DNA of 34,066 nt from a virus. Taxonomy: Duplodnaviria; Caudoviricetes. Positions 7,127-14,675 of the stretch are shown here, piece after piece. Location: IMG/VR virus record IMGVR_UViG_3300049913_000045, positions 1 to 34,066 of that record; one strand, written 5' to 3'. A model generated the notes under the pieces. It was not told the DNA's origin and did no database searches. It saw only the letters and a program-made list of their open reading frames with translations. Each line of letters begins with the position of its first letter. Position 1 is the first letter of the stretch. Both the position numbers and the translations under genes were made by a program.

Positions 7127-7401
7127 TTAGATGTATCTTAGTGATTTTTCTGGTTTTCCGCTGCGGATTCTCTTCGGACGCAGCCGCGGCCGGAGGCACC
7201 GGCGGGAGGGGATCGACCGGCGGAACGAGAGCAACCGGAGGATCGGGAGGGCGCGGCGGAACGGGAGCAACCGGCGGCTTGAGAGGGCGAGCGTACATAG
7301 ACGCACCCCAATTAAGTCTCAATCTGTCTATTGTGCATTTTTTGATAGTGTCCGGCGTCATTCTGTGGCTGCTTAAACCCCCAAGCCTTGCGCGCCCTTG
7401 A
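7114..7401 (+). CDS. Gly-rich membrane-anchored or secreted protein
   Basis: GAGGTG RBS; hydrophobic N-terminus, (xTGG)n linker, C-terminal TM segment. Confidence 0.5.
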   Translation: MPTLIRCILVIFLVFRCGFSSDAAAAGGTGGRGSTGGTRATGGSGGRGGTGATGGLRGRAYIDAPQLSLNLSIVHFLIVSGVILWLLKPPSLARP

Positions 7402-7422
7402 ATGGCATGCTACCACGTGTAG

Positions 7423-7707
7423 GTGGCAATCAATCAATCGGAATCTGTTCCCTCTTATTACGAACTGCTGGTTAACGCCAACTTGCCCGCTGGTATCGTG
7501 ACCACGCACGAGTACGCAGGCGTGAGCTTGCCAGCTCGTCGCGCGATTGTCGGCAGCATTGGCGCTGCCGGGGTCACTTTGACCAGACCTGCTGGGGGGA
7601 CTGTGCTGGTATCACAAGCACAGTTACTTGCGATGGGCGGCGTAGTTGTGCGACAATTCGTCGCAATAACTAGTGCGAACAGCACTGACATATCAGTGGA
7701 TTATTAG
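7423..7707 (+). CDS. Putative head-spike base protein (RcGTA Rcc01079-like)
   Basis: 94 aa with RRAIVG..G..V.LT..GGTV...G.V.....I....TDI.V pattern resembling that family from memory. Confidence 0.55.
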   Translation: MAINQSESVPSYYELLVNANLPAGIVTTHEYAGVSLPARRAIVGSIGAAGVTLTRPAGGTVLVSQAQLLAMGGVVVRQFVAITSANSTDISVDY

Positions 7708-7711
7708 CCCT

Positions 7712-8410
7712 ATGCCGGTTGATCCAAATCTGTTTGTTTCGTTGGCCTCGCGGTACACCGGCGGCATAAAAGCTCCAGATGGTCCAGAACAGGCCGGATT
7801 CATCGCTATTGTTGACAGCGCCGGAACAAATTTGGATTACAGGGCGCCAGCTCATGCTTCTACCCACGCGCCGGGGCAGGACGACGCGATCGCGACAGGG
7901 ACAACATCCTCGACTGTCTGCATTGGTAATGACGCACGCATAACTGGAGCGCTACAAACTTCCGGCGGCACGATGAGCGGCACATTGAATTGCAACGCCC
8001 ACGAATTGAAGCAATTTTGCTCTTATGCGCAGGCGGACATCACGCTATCGTCCGACGGTGCTACCGATTTGTATGACTTGGAAATCGGCGGTACGCCAAA
8101 TCACACGTACAATGTTCGCGCGGGGTTTCGCGTCACGTTGCACAGGGCATCAGACAGCAGCAAGTCGGGTGACATCGACGTAGTGGTGACATACAACGTG
8201 ACCTTTGATGGAGCTGGGGTGGGCGTGGTTGTACGTATGGGATCATTTTATCCCGACATGAGCAGCGTAGATGCATCGCTGGCTTCGTGCGTATTGTCGG
8301 ACGTAGCGCTTGAGGGTGGGGTAGTACGTTTGCTTTTGAGCCGTCCCACAGGGGTGTCGATAAAAGCTCGCGTAAAAGCCTGGATCAACTTTGTCGAGGA
8401 TGTTACATGA
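7712..8410 (+). CDS. Fibre-like virion protein
   Basis: Motifs common in phage fibres: HASTHAPG.D, GTTSSTVCIGNDAR, SGGTMSGTL; beta-rich C-terminus. Confidence 0.6.
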   Translation: MPVDPNLFVSLASRYTGGIKAPDGPEQAGFIAIVDSAGTNLDYRAPAHASTHAPGQDDAIATGTTSSTVCIGNDARITGALQTSGGTMSGTLNCNAHELKQFCSYAQADITLSSDGATDLYDLEIGGTPNHTYNVRAGFRVTLHRASDSSKSGDIDVVVTYNVTFDGAGVGVVVRMGSFYPDMSSVDASLASCVLSDVALEGGVVRLLLSRPTGVSIKARVKAWINFVEDVT

Positions 8411-9201
8411 CCGCGCTGGGACTTGCGATAGGAATGATGCCGGGGCGCGTGCGCCGCGGCTACGTCTACGTCGCGAACTCCGGCTCCGGCACAGTCTCCC
8501 GCATCTTGATCTCGAGCGGCGCAGTAGACGCTACGATCGCTGTCGGAACGAACCCCGTCAGCTGCTGCTGGGGTGGCGGGGCGCACGTCTACGTTGCGAA
8601 CCACGGCTCCGGCACAGTCTCCCGCATCCTGATCTCGAGCGGCGCAGTAGACGCTACGATCACTGTTGGAACGAGCCCCTACGGCTGCTGCTGGGATGGC
8701 GGAGCGCACGTCTACGTCGCGAACTACGGCTCCCGCACAGTCTCCCGCATCCTGATCTCGAGCGGCGCAGTAGACGCTACGATCACTGTTGGAACGAACC
8801 CCTTCGGCTGCTGCTGGGATGGCGGAGCGCACGTCTACTTCGCGAACCTGGGCTCCGGCACAGTCTCCCGCATCCTGATCTCGAGCGGCGCAGTAGACGC
8901 TACGATCACTGTTGGAACGAACCCCTACGGCTGCTGCTGGGATGGCGGATCGCACGTCTACGTCGCGAACCTGGGCTCCGGCACAGTCTCCCGCATCCTG
9001 ATCTCGAGCGGCGCAGTAGACGCTACGATCACTGTTGGAACGAGCCCCCACGGCTGCTGCTGGGGTGGCGGGGCGCACGTCTACGTTGCGAACGCCGGCT
9101 CCGGCACAGTCTCCCGCATCTTGATCTCGAGCGGCGCAGTAGACGCTACGATCACTGTTGGAACGGGCCCACATTTCCTACCGTGCCTGGCCTGGGGATG
9201 A
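8407..9201 (+). CDS. YVTN/YncE-type six-bladed beta-propeller, putative spike fibre or receptor-binding protein
   Basis: Six 41-aa repeats VYVAN.GSGTVSRI......V.ATI.VG..P; N-terminus MTALGLAIG. Confidence 0.85.
   Translation: MTALGLAIGMMPGRVRRGYVYVANSGSGTVSRILISSGAVDATIAVGTNPVSCCWGGGAHVYVANHGSGTVSRILISSGAVDATITVGTSPYGCCWDGGAHVYVANYGSRTVSRILISSGAVDATITVGTNPFGCCWDGGAHVYFANLGSGTVSRILISSGAVDATITVGTNPYGCCWDGGSHVYVANLGSGTVSRILISSGAVDATITVGTSPHGCCWGGGAHVYVANAGSGTVSRILISSGAVDATITVGTGPHFLPCLAWG
8462..9172 (+). repeat. About 5.8 x 123-bp near-identical tandem repeat
   Basis: Units start at 8462, 8585, 8708, 8831, 8954 and 9077. Confidence 0.97.
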
Positions 9202-9202
9202 A

Positions 9203-9460
9203 ATGACCATGAAAAAATCCCTATCACCACTACTCACGACCGTCGCGCTATTCGTGACGGTACTAGCACCCTTTTCCACAATGCACCATTCGACGCGGTA
9301 TTTTCCTCGACACGCGTCGGGGCTGACAGGGGTTGGAATTGGTGCGCAGCCTACCAGTTACTCAGTCGAGCTGCTGGGCAGCTCGGCCCCGTCCGCCGCT
9401 GGACTCGTAAATGCGGCAATATTAATTGGGCGAGGCTCGTACCTCGACCTGGAGTCGTAA
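9203..9460 (+). CDS. Hypothetical protein with signal-like N-terminus
   Basis: Fills the gap; MKKSLSPLLTTVALFVTVLA. Confidence 0.4.
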   Translation: MTMKKSLSPLLTTVALFVTVLAPFSTMHHSTRYFPRHASGLTGVGIGAQPTSYSVELLGSSAPSAAGLVNAAILIGRGSYLDLES

Positions 9461-9461
9461 C

Positions 9462-9929
9462 ATGCAGAATCTAATCAATCTCATCTCGAGTCATTGGCTC
9501 ATAGCCTACGTTGTCGGCGCGTTTGCCGTCAGTTTGCTACTTGCGCGAAGGTCGCAAGTGGATGCGTGGTGCGAGGCGAATCCGCGCGTTGCCGGACTGC
9601 TCAAAATTCTGCGCGGGATCGGTCTCGACCCGTGGCTACCAATACAGGGGCTATCGCTGTTGATTTTTGGCAAACTACCGAGTGGTTACAAATTACTAAT
9701 AGACACGTTTGTGAAACTGCTTGCGGGCGCGGTTGTGCTGCTGTGCTTCGGGTGCGGAACTGTCGTAGCCAAATCGCCGTGTCTCGGCCTGTACTGTCTC
9801 GAGGTCGAGGGCCTCGATGTCCCGATAGTCGGCGGCTCGCCAGCACTGTGTTGGGACACTCGGGAGCAAATGCTGGCCGCTAAATCGAGGCTCGAATCGC
9901 AGGGCAAGAGAGTCGCGGTCCGCAAATGA
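9462..9929 (+). CDS. Membrane protein, holin candidate
   Basis: GGAG RBS; 2-3 hydrophobic segments; first gene of the lysis-like cluster. Confidence 0.55.
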   Translation: MQNLINLISSHWLIAYVVGAFAVSLLLARRSQVDAWCEANPRVAGLLKILRGIGLDPWLPIQGLSLLIFGKLPSGYKLLIDTFVKLLAGAVVLLCFGCGTVVAKSPCLGLYCLEVEGLDVPIVGGSPALCWDTREQMLAAKSRLESQGKRVAVRK

Positions 9930-10270
9930 GTTTGCTTCCTCAGCTCCTCCCCTTGCTCGTAGCCCTAACTATGCTCGCCGGGGCATGCCGTCCACCGCCA
10001 CCGGCGCCCCCGCATCCTGACGCAGGCACGGGCGGGGCCATGGCCACGGGCGGTTCGGCGTCTATCGGAGGTGACTCGGCAGGCGGGCGGCTAGGGGCAT
10101 CTGGTGGGGCCCAGTCCGACGGCCTCGCGCGGTGCATCGCTGCCACGAAATCTGACCCGGGTCGAGCAGTGCAGGCGCGAGACTACGGGATCACGGTCAC
10201 GGAGCTCGCTACGCTCCTGTGCTCCTATGCCGTCACCCGGCAGTGTTTCGCGAGCGGGGTGTGCCGATGA
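9926..10270 (+). CDS. Lipoprotein (Pro/Gly-rich), spanin-like candidate
   Basis: Lipobox LAGAC, PPPPAPP, DAGTGG..TGG linker. Confidence 0.6.
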   Translation: MSLLPQLLPLLVALTMLAGACRPPPPAPPHPDAGTGGAMATGGSASIGGDSAGGRLGASGGAQSDGLARCIAATKSDPGRAVQARDYGITVTELATLLCSYAVTRQCFASGVCR

Positions 10271-10962
10271 CCGACAATTATCGACGACTCATCGCAGAGC
10301 GACCAGGCAATTCGCATCGTCTGGGGCGGCACGTCAATCACGATCCACGGAGTCGCTCGTTCGCGGTGCCGACTGCGGCCGTCCGAATTACTCCTATTTT
10401 TTGGATGCCTAACAGCAAAGACGCGCTCGACCAAGGAGACCTGGGTAGTTGCACTGGCAACGCTGCCGTCAAAGCAGTTTCCACGGCGCCGTTTGTGAAC
10501 AATTTTGATGAGGCCGCGGCGGTCGATGTGTACTCGGCCGCGACCAGAGTCGACAATTTCTACGGCACGTATCCGCCCACCGACACCGGCAGCGACGGAT
10601 CGAGCGCCATGCGCGTACTTAAAGAGCGCGGGCTAATCGCGTCGTATTGGTGGGGCTTTAACACGGACCAAATCCTAGTTGGTCTCATGAGCGGACCCGG
10701 ATGCATCGGGATCGAGTGGCGAGAGGGCATGTTTGTTCCCGACGCTCGTGGACGAATCAAACCGACGGGAGAAATCGCTGGTGGACATGAGCTCATGTTT
10801 TGCGGATGGGATGCGGATAAACAGGAAATAATTGGGCAAAACTCGTGGGGTCCGGCGTGGGGAAAAACGATCAATGGTTGCGCTGGATGCTACCGAATAC
10901 GGATTGACGACCTCGCTTCGCTCATGGTGACGGGCGGGGATTGCGTGTTTCCGAGAGCCTAG
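10267..10962 (+). CDS. Papain-like C1 cysteine peptidase
   Basis: DQGDLGSCTG (Q, C), GGH, QNSWG catalytic motifs. Confidence 0.9.
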   Translation: MTDNYRRLIAERPGNSHRLGRHVNHDPRSRSFAVPTAAVRITPIFWMPNSKDALDQGDLGSCTGNAAVKAVSTAPFVNNFDEAAAVDVYSAATRVDNFYGTYPPTDTGSDGSSAMRVLKERGLIASYWWGFNTDQILVGLMSGPGCIGIEWREGMFVPDARGRIKPTGEIAGGHELMFCGWDADKQEIIGQNSWGPAWGKTINGCAGCYRIRIDDLASLMVTGGDCVFPRA

Positions 10963-10964
10963 CC

Positions 10965-11507
10965 ATGACACCCAACCAGCAACGCGTTGTAGACACCGTG
11001 CGTGAGTACGTCGGATGCTCGCTGCTTTATCGGCGCGACGAGTTAGCAGCTCTGATCTGTTTTCCTGGCGATGATCCAAGACAAGAAGTGCAGATCAAAA
11101 CAAATTGCGCCATGTTTACCCTCGGTGTTTGGCGTGTGTGCGGCGTGCAGCATCCGCTGCTTAAGGGCAAGTACAAAAGCGGCATGGCCGTGGCCTGGGT
11201 GTTGCAAATTGCAAGCGATCTCGATGCGTTGCGCCATGCCAAGCCTGGAGACATTCTGCCCCCCGGGGCATCGCTACATTACGCGACCAAGGGCAAGAAT
11301 AACGACCACGTGGAGTTCTGCCTATCCGCCCCGGACGCCCGCGGAAACATCCAGCACGCGGGCGGCGGGCGTACGAACAACGCTATTAGCGCGGGCGTGG
11401 GTTTTATAAATTGGAACTACGGACGGCCGCTGCAGCACTGGGTTGATCCTAGCATGCTGCTGAACAACAACCGGCACGACACAGATCCGACGGAGCTTGC
11501 ACCATGA
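10965..11507 (+). CDS. CHAP/NlpC-P60-like peptidase, endolysin candidate
   Basis: NCAMF catalytic Cys, PGD/PG, DHV His, downstream GG. Confidence 0.55.
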   Translation: MTPNQQRVVDTVREYVGCSLLYRRDELAALICFPGDDPRQEVQIKTNCAMFTLGVWRVCGVQHPLLKGKYKSGMAVAWVLQIASDLDALRHAKPGDILPPGASLHYATKGKNNDHVEFCLSAPDARGNIQHAGGGRTNNAISAGVGFINWNYGRPLQHWVDPSMLLNNNRHDTDPTELAP

Positions 11508-11743
11508 CCGAAGAAGAAGTTACGCAAGTTGAATCGCCTTTAGGGCGTGTGCTGCAAGCTGCGCGCGATTGTAACTCGGTAGCAGCTGAGGGGAGAATGC
11601 TGAACGAGCAGCTTCGCGCAGCGCTTGACGCTGTGCTGGGTATTGTGGGGCGCCTTGACGGATTGGCAGACAACATAGCAGATCTCCGCAGGAATTGCCC
11701 GGCTTGCGCGCAGCGCGCCAGATTGAAAAGCACATGCCCGTGA
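11504..11743 (+). CDS. Small coiled-coil protein with CxxC
   Basis: GGAG RBS; CPAC. Confidence 0.6.
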   Translation: MTEEEVTQVESPLGRVLQAARDCNSVAAEGRMLNEQLRAALDAVLGIVGRLDGLADNIADLRRNCPACAQRARLKSTCP

Positions 11744-12114
11744 ACCACACGACACCCTGCACGGCAGTTGCCCGCGCCCTGCAGAATTCGGAGGAGGCGC
11801 TGGCCGTGGCTCTATGTGCTGAGCGCAATGTAGGCGGGCTCAAGTGGGGGCAGTGGGCAATTGGTGTGCTCGTTACGATTGTTGGGATTGTGTCGGCTCG
11901 AAACGGCGCAACAAAAGCCACGACGGCTGACGCTCGTATGCAATCGAGCGCAACCGCTGAGATTGTGGCAATGCGGGAACGGGATAGCACTCGTGAGATC
12001 GCCTTGGCGGCAGCGCAAGAGGGAGCGAGAATTGAGCACCGGCGGCAAGCGCAGTACGAACTAGACCACCCGGCTCCTATCGCCGAGCCGAAGGCGTTCA
12101 AGCGCGTAAAATAG
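11740..12114 (+). CDS. Single-TM coiled-coil protein (lysis accessory candidate)
   Basis: GTGA overlap; WAIGVLVTIVGIVSA followed by an Ala/Glu-rich helix. Confidence 0.6.
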   Translation: MNHTTPCTAVARALQNSEEALAVALCAERNVGGLKWGQWAIGVLVTIVGIVSARNGATKATTADARMQSSATAEIVAMRERDSTREIALAAAQEGARIEHRRQAQYELDHPAPIAEPKAFKRVK

Positions 12115-12116
12115 TC

Positions 12117-12145
12117 TTGCGTGCTGGGGGCTTCGGTGCCACACT
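12117..12145 (+). promoter_or_regulatory. Promoter TTGCGT-17-(TGc)CACACT
   Basis: Intergenic, upstream of AGGAG and ATG 12165. Confidence 0.5.
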
Positions 12146-12164
12146 CAAGCAGGAGTTAAAAAGA

Positions 12165-12350
12165 ATGTTCACTGTTGACCTTGACACTCTTCGCATTGAC
12201 TGTGATCCGTACCCGGTGTGCGTGCGCTTGCGCCGCGACCCAATAGGGCGCAGCAGCCTGAATCCAACAGTCGAGCAGGTACTTTTGGCAAGCGAGGAAC
12301 TGGCCGCAATTTGCGAGGCCTATAATGCTGACAGCACTGCGGCGGAGTGA
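12165..12350 (+). CDS. Small hypothetical protein
   Basis: AGGAG RBS. Confidence 0.6.
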   Translation: MFTVDLDTLRIDCDPYPVCVRLRRDPIGRSSLNPTVEQVLLASEELAAICEAYNADSTAAE

Positions 12351-12768
12351 TCCCTGGGAGCAGCGCCTAGACGAGCCCGATATTTGCTACCGGCAATTTG
12401 TGGCTTGGCTGCAGCGGGTCCCGCGGAGTGCTCCAAATGACAACGCGCTCGCGGCCGCCTACGGTTGGTCCGAACGCGCGATCACACACGACAACGCGCA
12501 TGCTCTGCCCAGCACACCGGGCGCATTGGTCGAACGCGGAATGACCGATCTGTTAAAGACGCTGGCGATTGAGGCGGGTAAACTGTTTGGAAAATCTTCG
12601 AGTGAAATCGACTCCGTGCTAACGCCTAAAGAGATCGGCAGCCTGTACGCTGTGATTGCAGGCTTGACGCAAAGGGAATTCAGTACAGCAGCCAAACTAC
12701 CAGACTTGTCCGGATTGAACATCGATCAAATCAACGAGCTGATTAAGAACCTGCGGGGGCTGCATTGA
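12325..12768 (+). CDS. terS: Terminase small subunit (putative)
   Basis: PWEQ..EP...Y..F..W and W.ERA..HD motifs, C-terminal DLSGL..DQI.ELI; upstream of TerL. Confidence 0.6.
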   Translation: MLTALRRSDPWEQRLDEPDICYRQFVAWLQRVPRSAPNDNALAAAYGWSERAITHDNAHALPSTPGALVERGMTDLLKTLAIEAGKLFGKSSSEIDSVLTPKEIGSLYAVIAGLTQREFSTAAKLPDLSGLNIDQINELIKNLRGLH

Positions 12769-13805
12769 CCCCTCCAGCCCGAGCCGGCAGACGCGGTCCT
12801 TTATTTAGGTACTTCGGCTCCAAGTATCGCAGTTCTAAGTATTACCCACCGCCTAGATACCCGCTAATCATTGAGCCGTTCGCCGGCGGCGCTGGTTACT
12901 CGCTGCGGTATCGCGAGCACAATGTGTTGTTATGCGACTTGGACGCTGAAGTGATCGACCTTTGGAATTGGCTCATTGCTGCGGACCCGGCCGAAATAGC
13001 AGCCATGCCTGTGACAGGTCTCATCACAGGACAAGATGTGCGTACGCTAGGCTTGTCCGACGGCGCCGCGCAACTCATGCGCCGTTGGCAGCGCACAGGG
13101 CATTGCAGCTCCTGGACGGTTAGCAACATGACTACGGGTGAATCCGCTTGGTGCTTGGCGCACGGCATGGGGCAAGCGGGTGGCTATACCGGAATGTGGC
13201 ACAGAAATGCACGTGCTTACCTGGCGAGCGCTGTGCAGGAGATCCGGCACTGGTCTGCGGTGTGCGGCTCGTATGAGACCCTGCCGCGTGTTGAGGCGAC
13301 TTGGTTTATCGATCCGCCCTACCAACGCGTGAAGTCCAGCAGTTACAAGCACGGAATGAAAGGTATCAACTATTCTACGCTGGCCGCTTGGTGCCAATCG
13401 CTGCCGGGGCAGGTCATTGTCTGCGAGCAGCAGGGGGCAGACTGGTTGCCGTTCCGCGCTTCGCACGAAGTGTCGGGCATGCGAAAAATGCGCGGTGTGT
13501 CCGGGGCATGCTCGCAAGAGGTCGTGTGGTGCTCTGATGAGCGGGGGCAGGTTGAAGAAATGCCATTAACTGTTGATGAACTTTTTACTTTTCTCGCGGG
13601 CATGCGATATCGGCTGCTGCTCGAGCCGCCGCGCGAAGTGCTCGCCACAGGAGACATTTGCATTTGGGCTTCATTTGCGGCATTGCCGCCCGGCGCTGCG
13701 GCGCTCTTGTACGTTAGCGAAAGCGCAGACGCAACGTACATCTCCGTGGCTTCCGATGTATTTTTAGCGCTGAAAGAACTTGAAGACGTTGGTGGCGTGT
13801 GCTAG
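12765..13805 (+). CDS. N6-adenine DNA methyltransferase (Dam/D12-like) with C-terminal extension
   Basis: YFGSK, EPFAGGAG, DPPY; extra 81 aa from in-frame ATG 13560. Confidence 0.88.
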   Translation: MTPPARAGRRGPLFRYFGSKYRSSKYYPPPRYPLIIEPFAGGAGYSLRYREHNVLLCDLDAEVIDLWNWLIAADPAEIAAMPVTGLITGQDVRTLGLSDGAAQLMRRWQRTGHCSSWTVSNMTTGESAWCLAHGMGQAGGYTGMWHRNARAYLASAVQEIRHWSAVCGSYETLPRVEATWFIDPPYQRVKSSSYKHGMKGINYSTLAAWCQSLPGQVIVCEQQGADWLPFRASHEVSGMRKMRGVSGACSQEVVWCSDERGQVEEMPLTVDELFTFLAGMRYRLLLEPPREVLATGDICIWASFAALPPGAAALLYVSESADATYISVASDVFLALKELEDVGGVC

Positions 13806-13815
13806 AAAGAGCCAA

Positions 13816-14097
13816 ATGAACAACAACAAATTCACAGGTAAATTCAGAGGTCGGTACTTTTACAAAGGAGCTCTTTGGGGCGGACCGACCAATGCCGTCG
13901 GGCAAGGAGCGCGGAAAGCCGCGTTTATCCGCAAGCCGAGAGGTAAGTGTGACTTACGTGGTGGAAACTACTCCCCCTCGTGTGACTCGGAAGTGTGCTC
14001 CCGTGAAGGGGCGCTGGTGCTGCTTGAAGTCTCACCGCAGCGTTTCGCGTTAGCAACACGCAGCTCCTGCGCGGCAGTAGCGGGGGCAGCATGCTAG
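13816..14097 (+). CDS. Hypothetical basic protein
   Basis: Fills the gap; overlaps next start. Confidence 0.45.
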   Translation: MNNNKFTGKFRGRYFYKGALWGGPTNAVGQGARKAAFIRKPRGKCDLRGGNYSPSCDSEVCSREGALVLLEVSPQRFALATRSSCAAVAGAAC

Positions 14098-14675
14098 TCC
14101 CGTTCATTGACATTGAATCGACCGGCCTGAATGAGCACAAAGACTGGCTACTTGAAGTCGGCGTGGTCGTCGTAGACATGCCTTCCGGCGAGGAAATCGC
14201 GACGTTCGAAACGGGTATTTACTACCCGACGGATATGCTGGACGCTCAGCGCGTCCAGTGCGACTCGTACGTGCAAGGCATGCACGATCGCAGCGGCTTG
14301 TGGACAGCACTCAAGCAGCGCGAGAATACGATCGACCGCAAAGAGCTGGACGGATGGCTTCAGAAGATCGCGGAACTGTGGCTTCCGGACCCCCCGCTGC
14401 CTTCGCTGTCGAATTTCAATGCTCCGTTTGACTGGCGCTGGCTACACGTGTATGCGCCGGAATTTGTATCCAAGTGTCTGCATTATCGCGTGTTCGATTT
14501 ATCAACCTTCCGCGCGTCGGTGGAAATGGTCTATCCGAAAGGCTTCGGCCCTTCCGCGGGCAAAGGCCTGCACCGAGCGGTAGAAGATGCACGTGAAGCC
14601 GTGACCTACTGGAAGTGGTATCGGCAGCACGTAATGACCCCATACGGGCGGGACGCGCAAGGACCGGGCGCATAG
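14091..14675 (+). CDS. orn: Oligoribonuclease-like DEDDh 3'-5' exonuclease
   Basis: DIESTGL, MH..SGL, FD..WL, LHYRVFDLST, HRA.ED. Confidence 0.85.
   Translation: MLVPFIDIESTGLNEHKDWLLEVGVVVVDMPSGEEIATFETGIYYPTDMLDAQRVQCDSYVQGMHDRSGLWTALKQRENTIDRKELDGWLQKIAELWLPDPPLPSLSNFNAPFDWRWLHVYAPEFVSKCLHYRVFDLSTFRASVEMVYPKGFGPSAGKGLHRAVEDAREAVTYWKWYRQHVMTPYGRDAQGPGA

Noticed and set aside
7032-7361. Pro-rich minus-strand ORF
   Set aside because: Antisense shadow of the Gly-rich plus-strand gene, which has an RBS and fits the operon direction
8248-9206. Alternative long ORFs (8248-9174 minus, 8391-9206 plus) and a CRISPR reading of the 123-bp array
   Set aside because: The units are contiguous with no unique spacers, and the 8407 frame matches YVTN blades
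9199-9474. Stop read-through extending the propeller by about 90 codons
   Set aside because: The frame is open after TGA, but the peptide is unrecognisable and open frames of this length are common at this GC content; other genes use TGA as a normal stop
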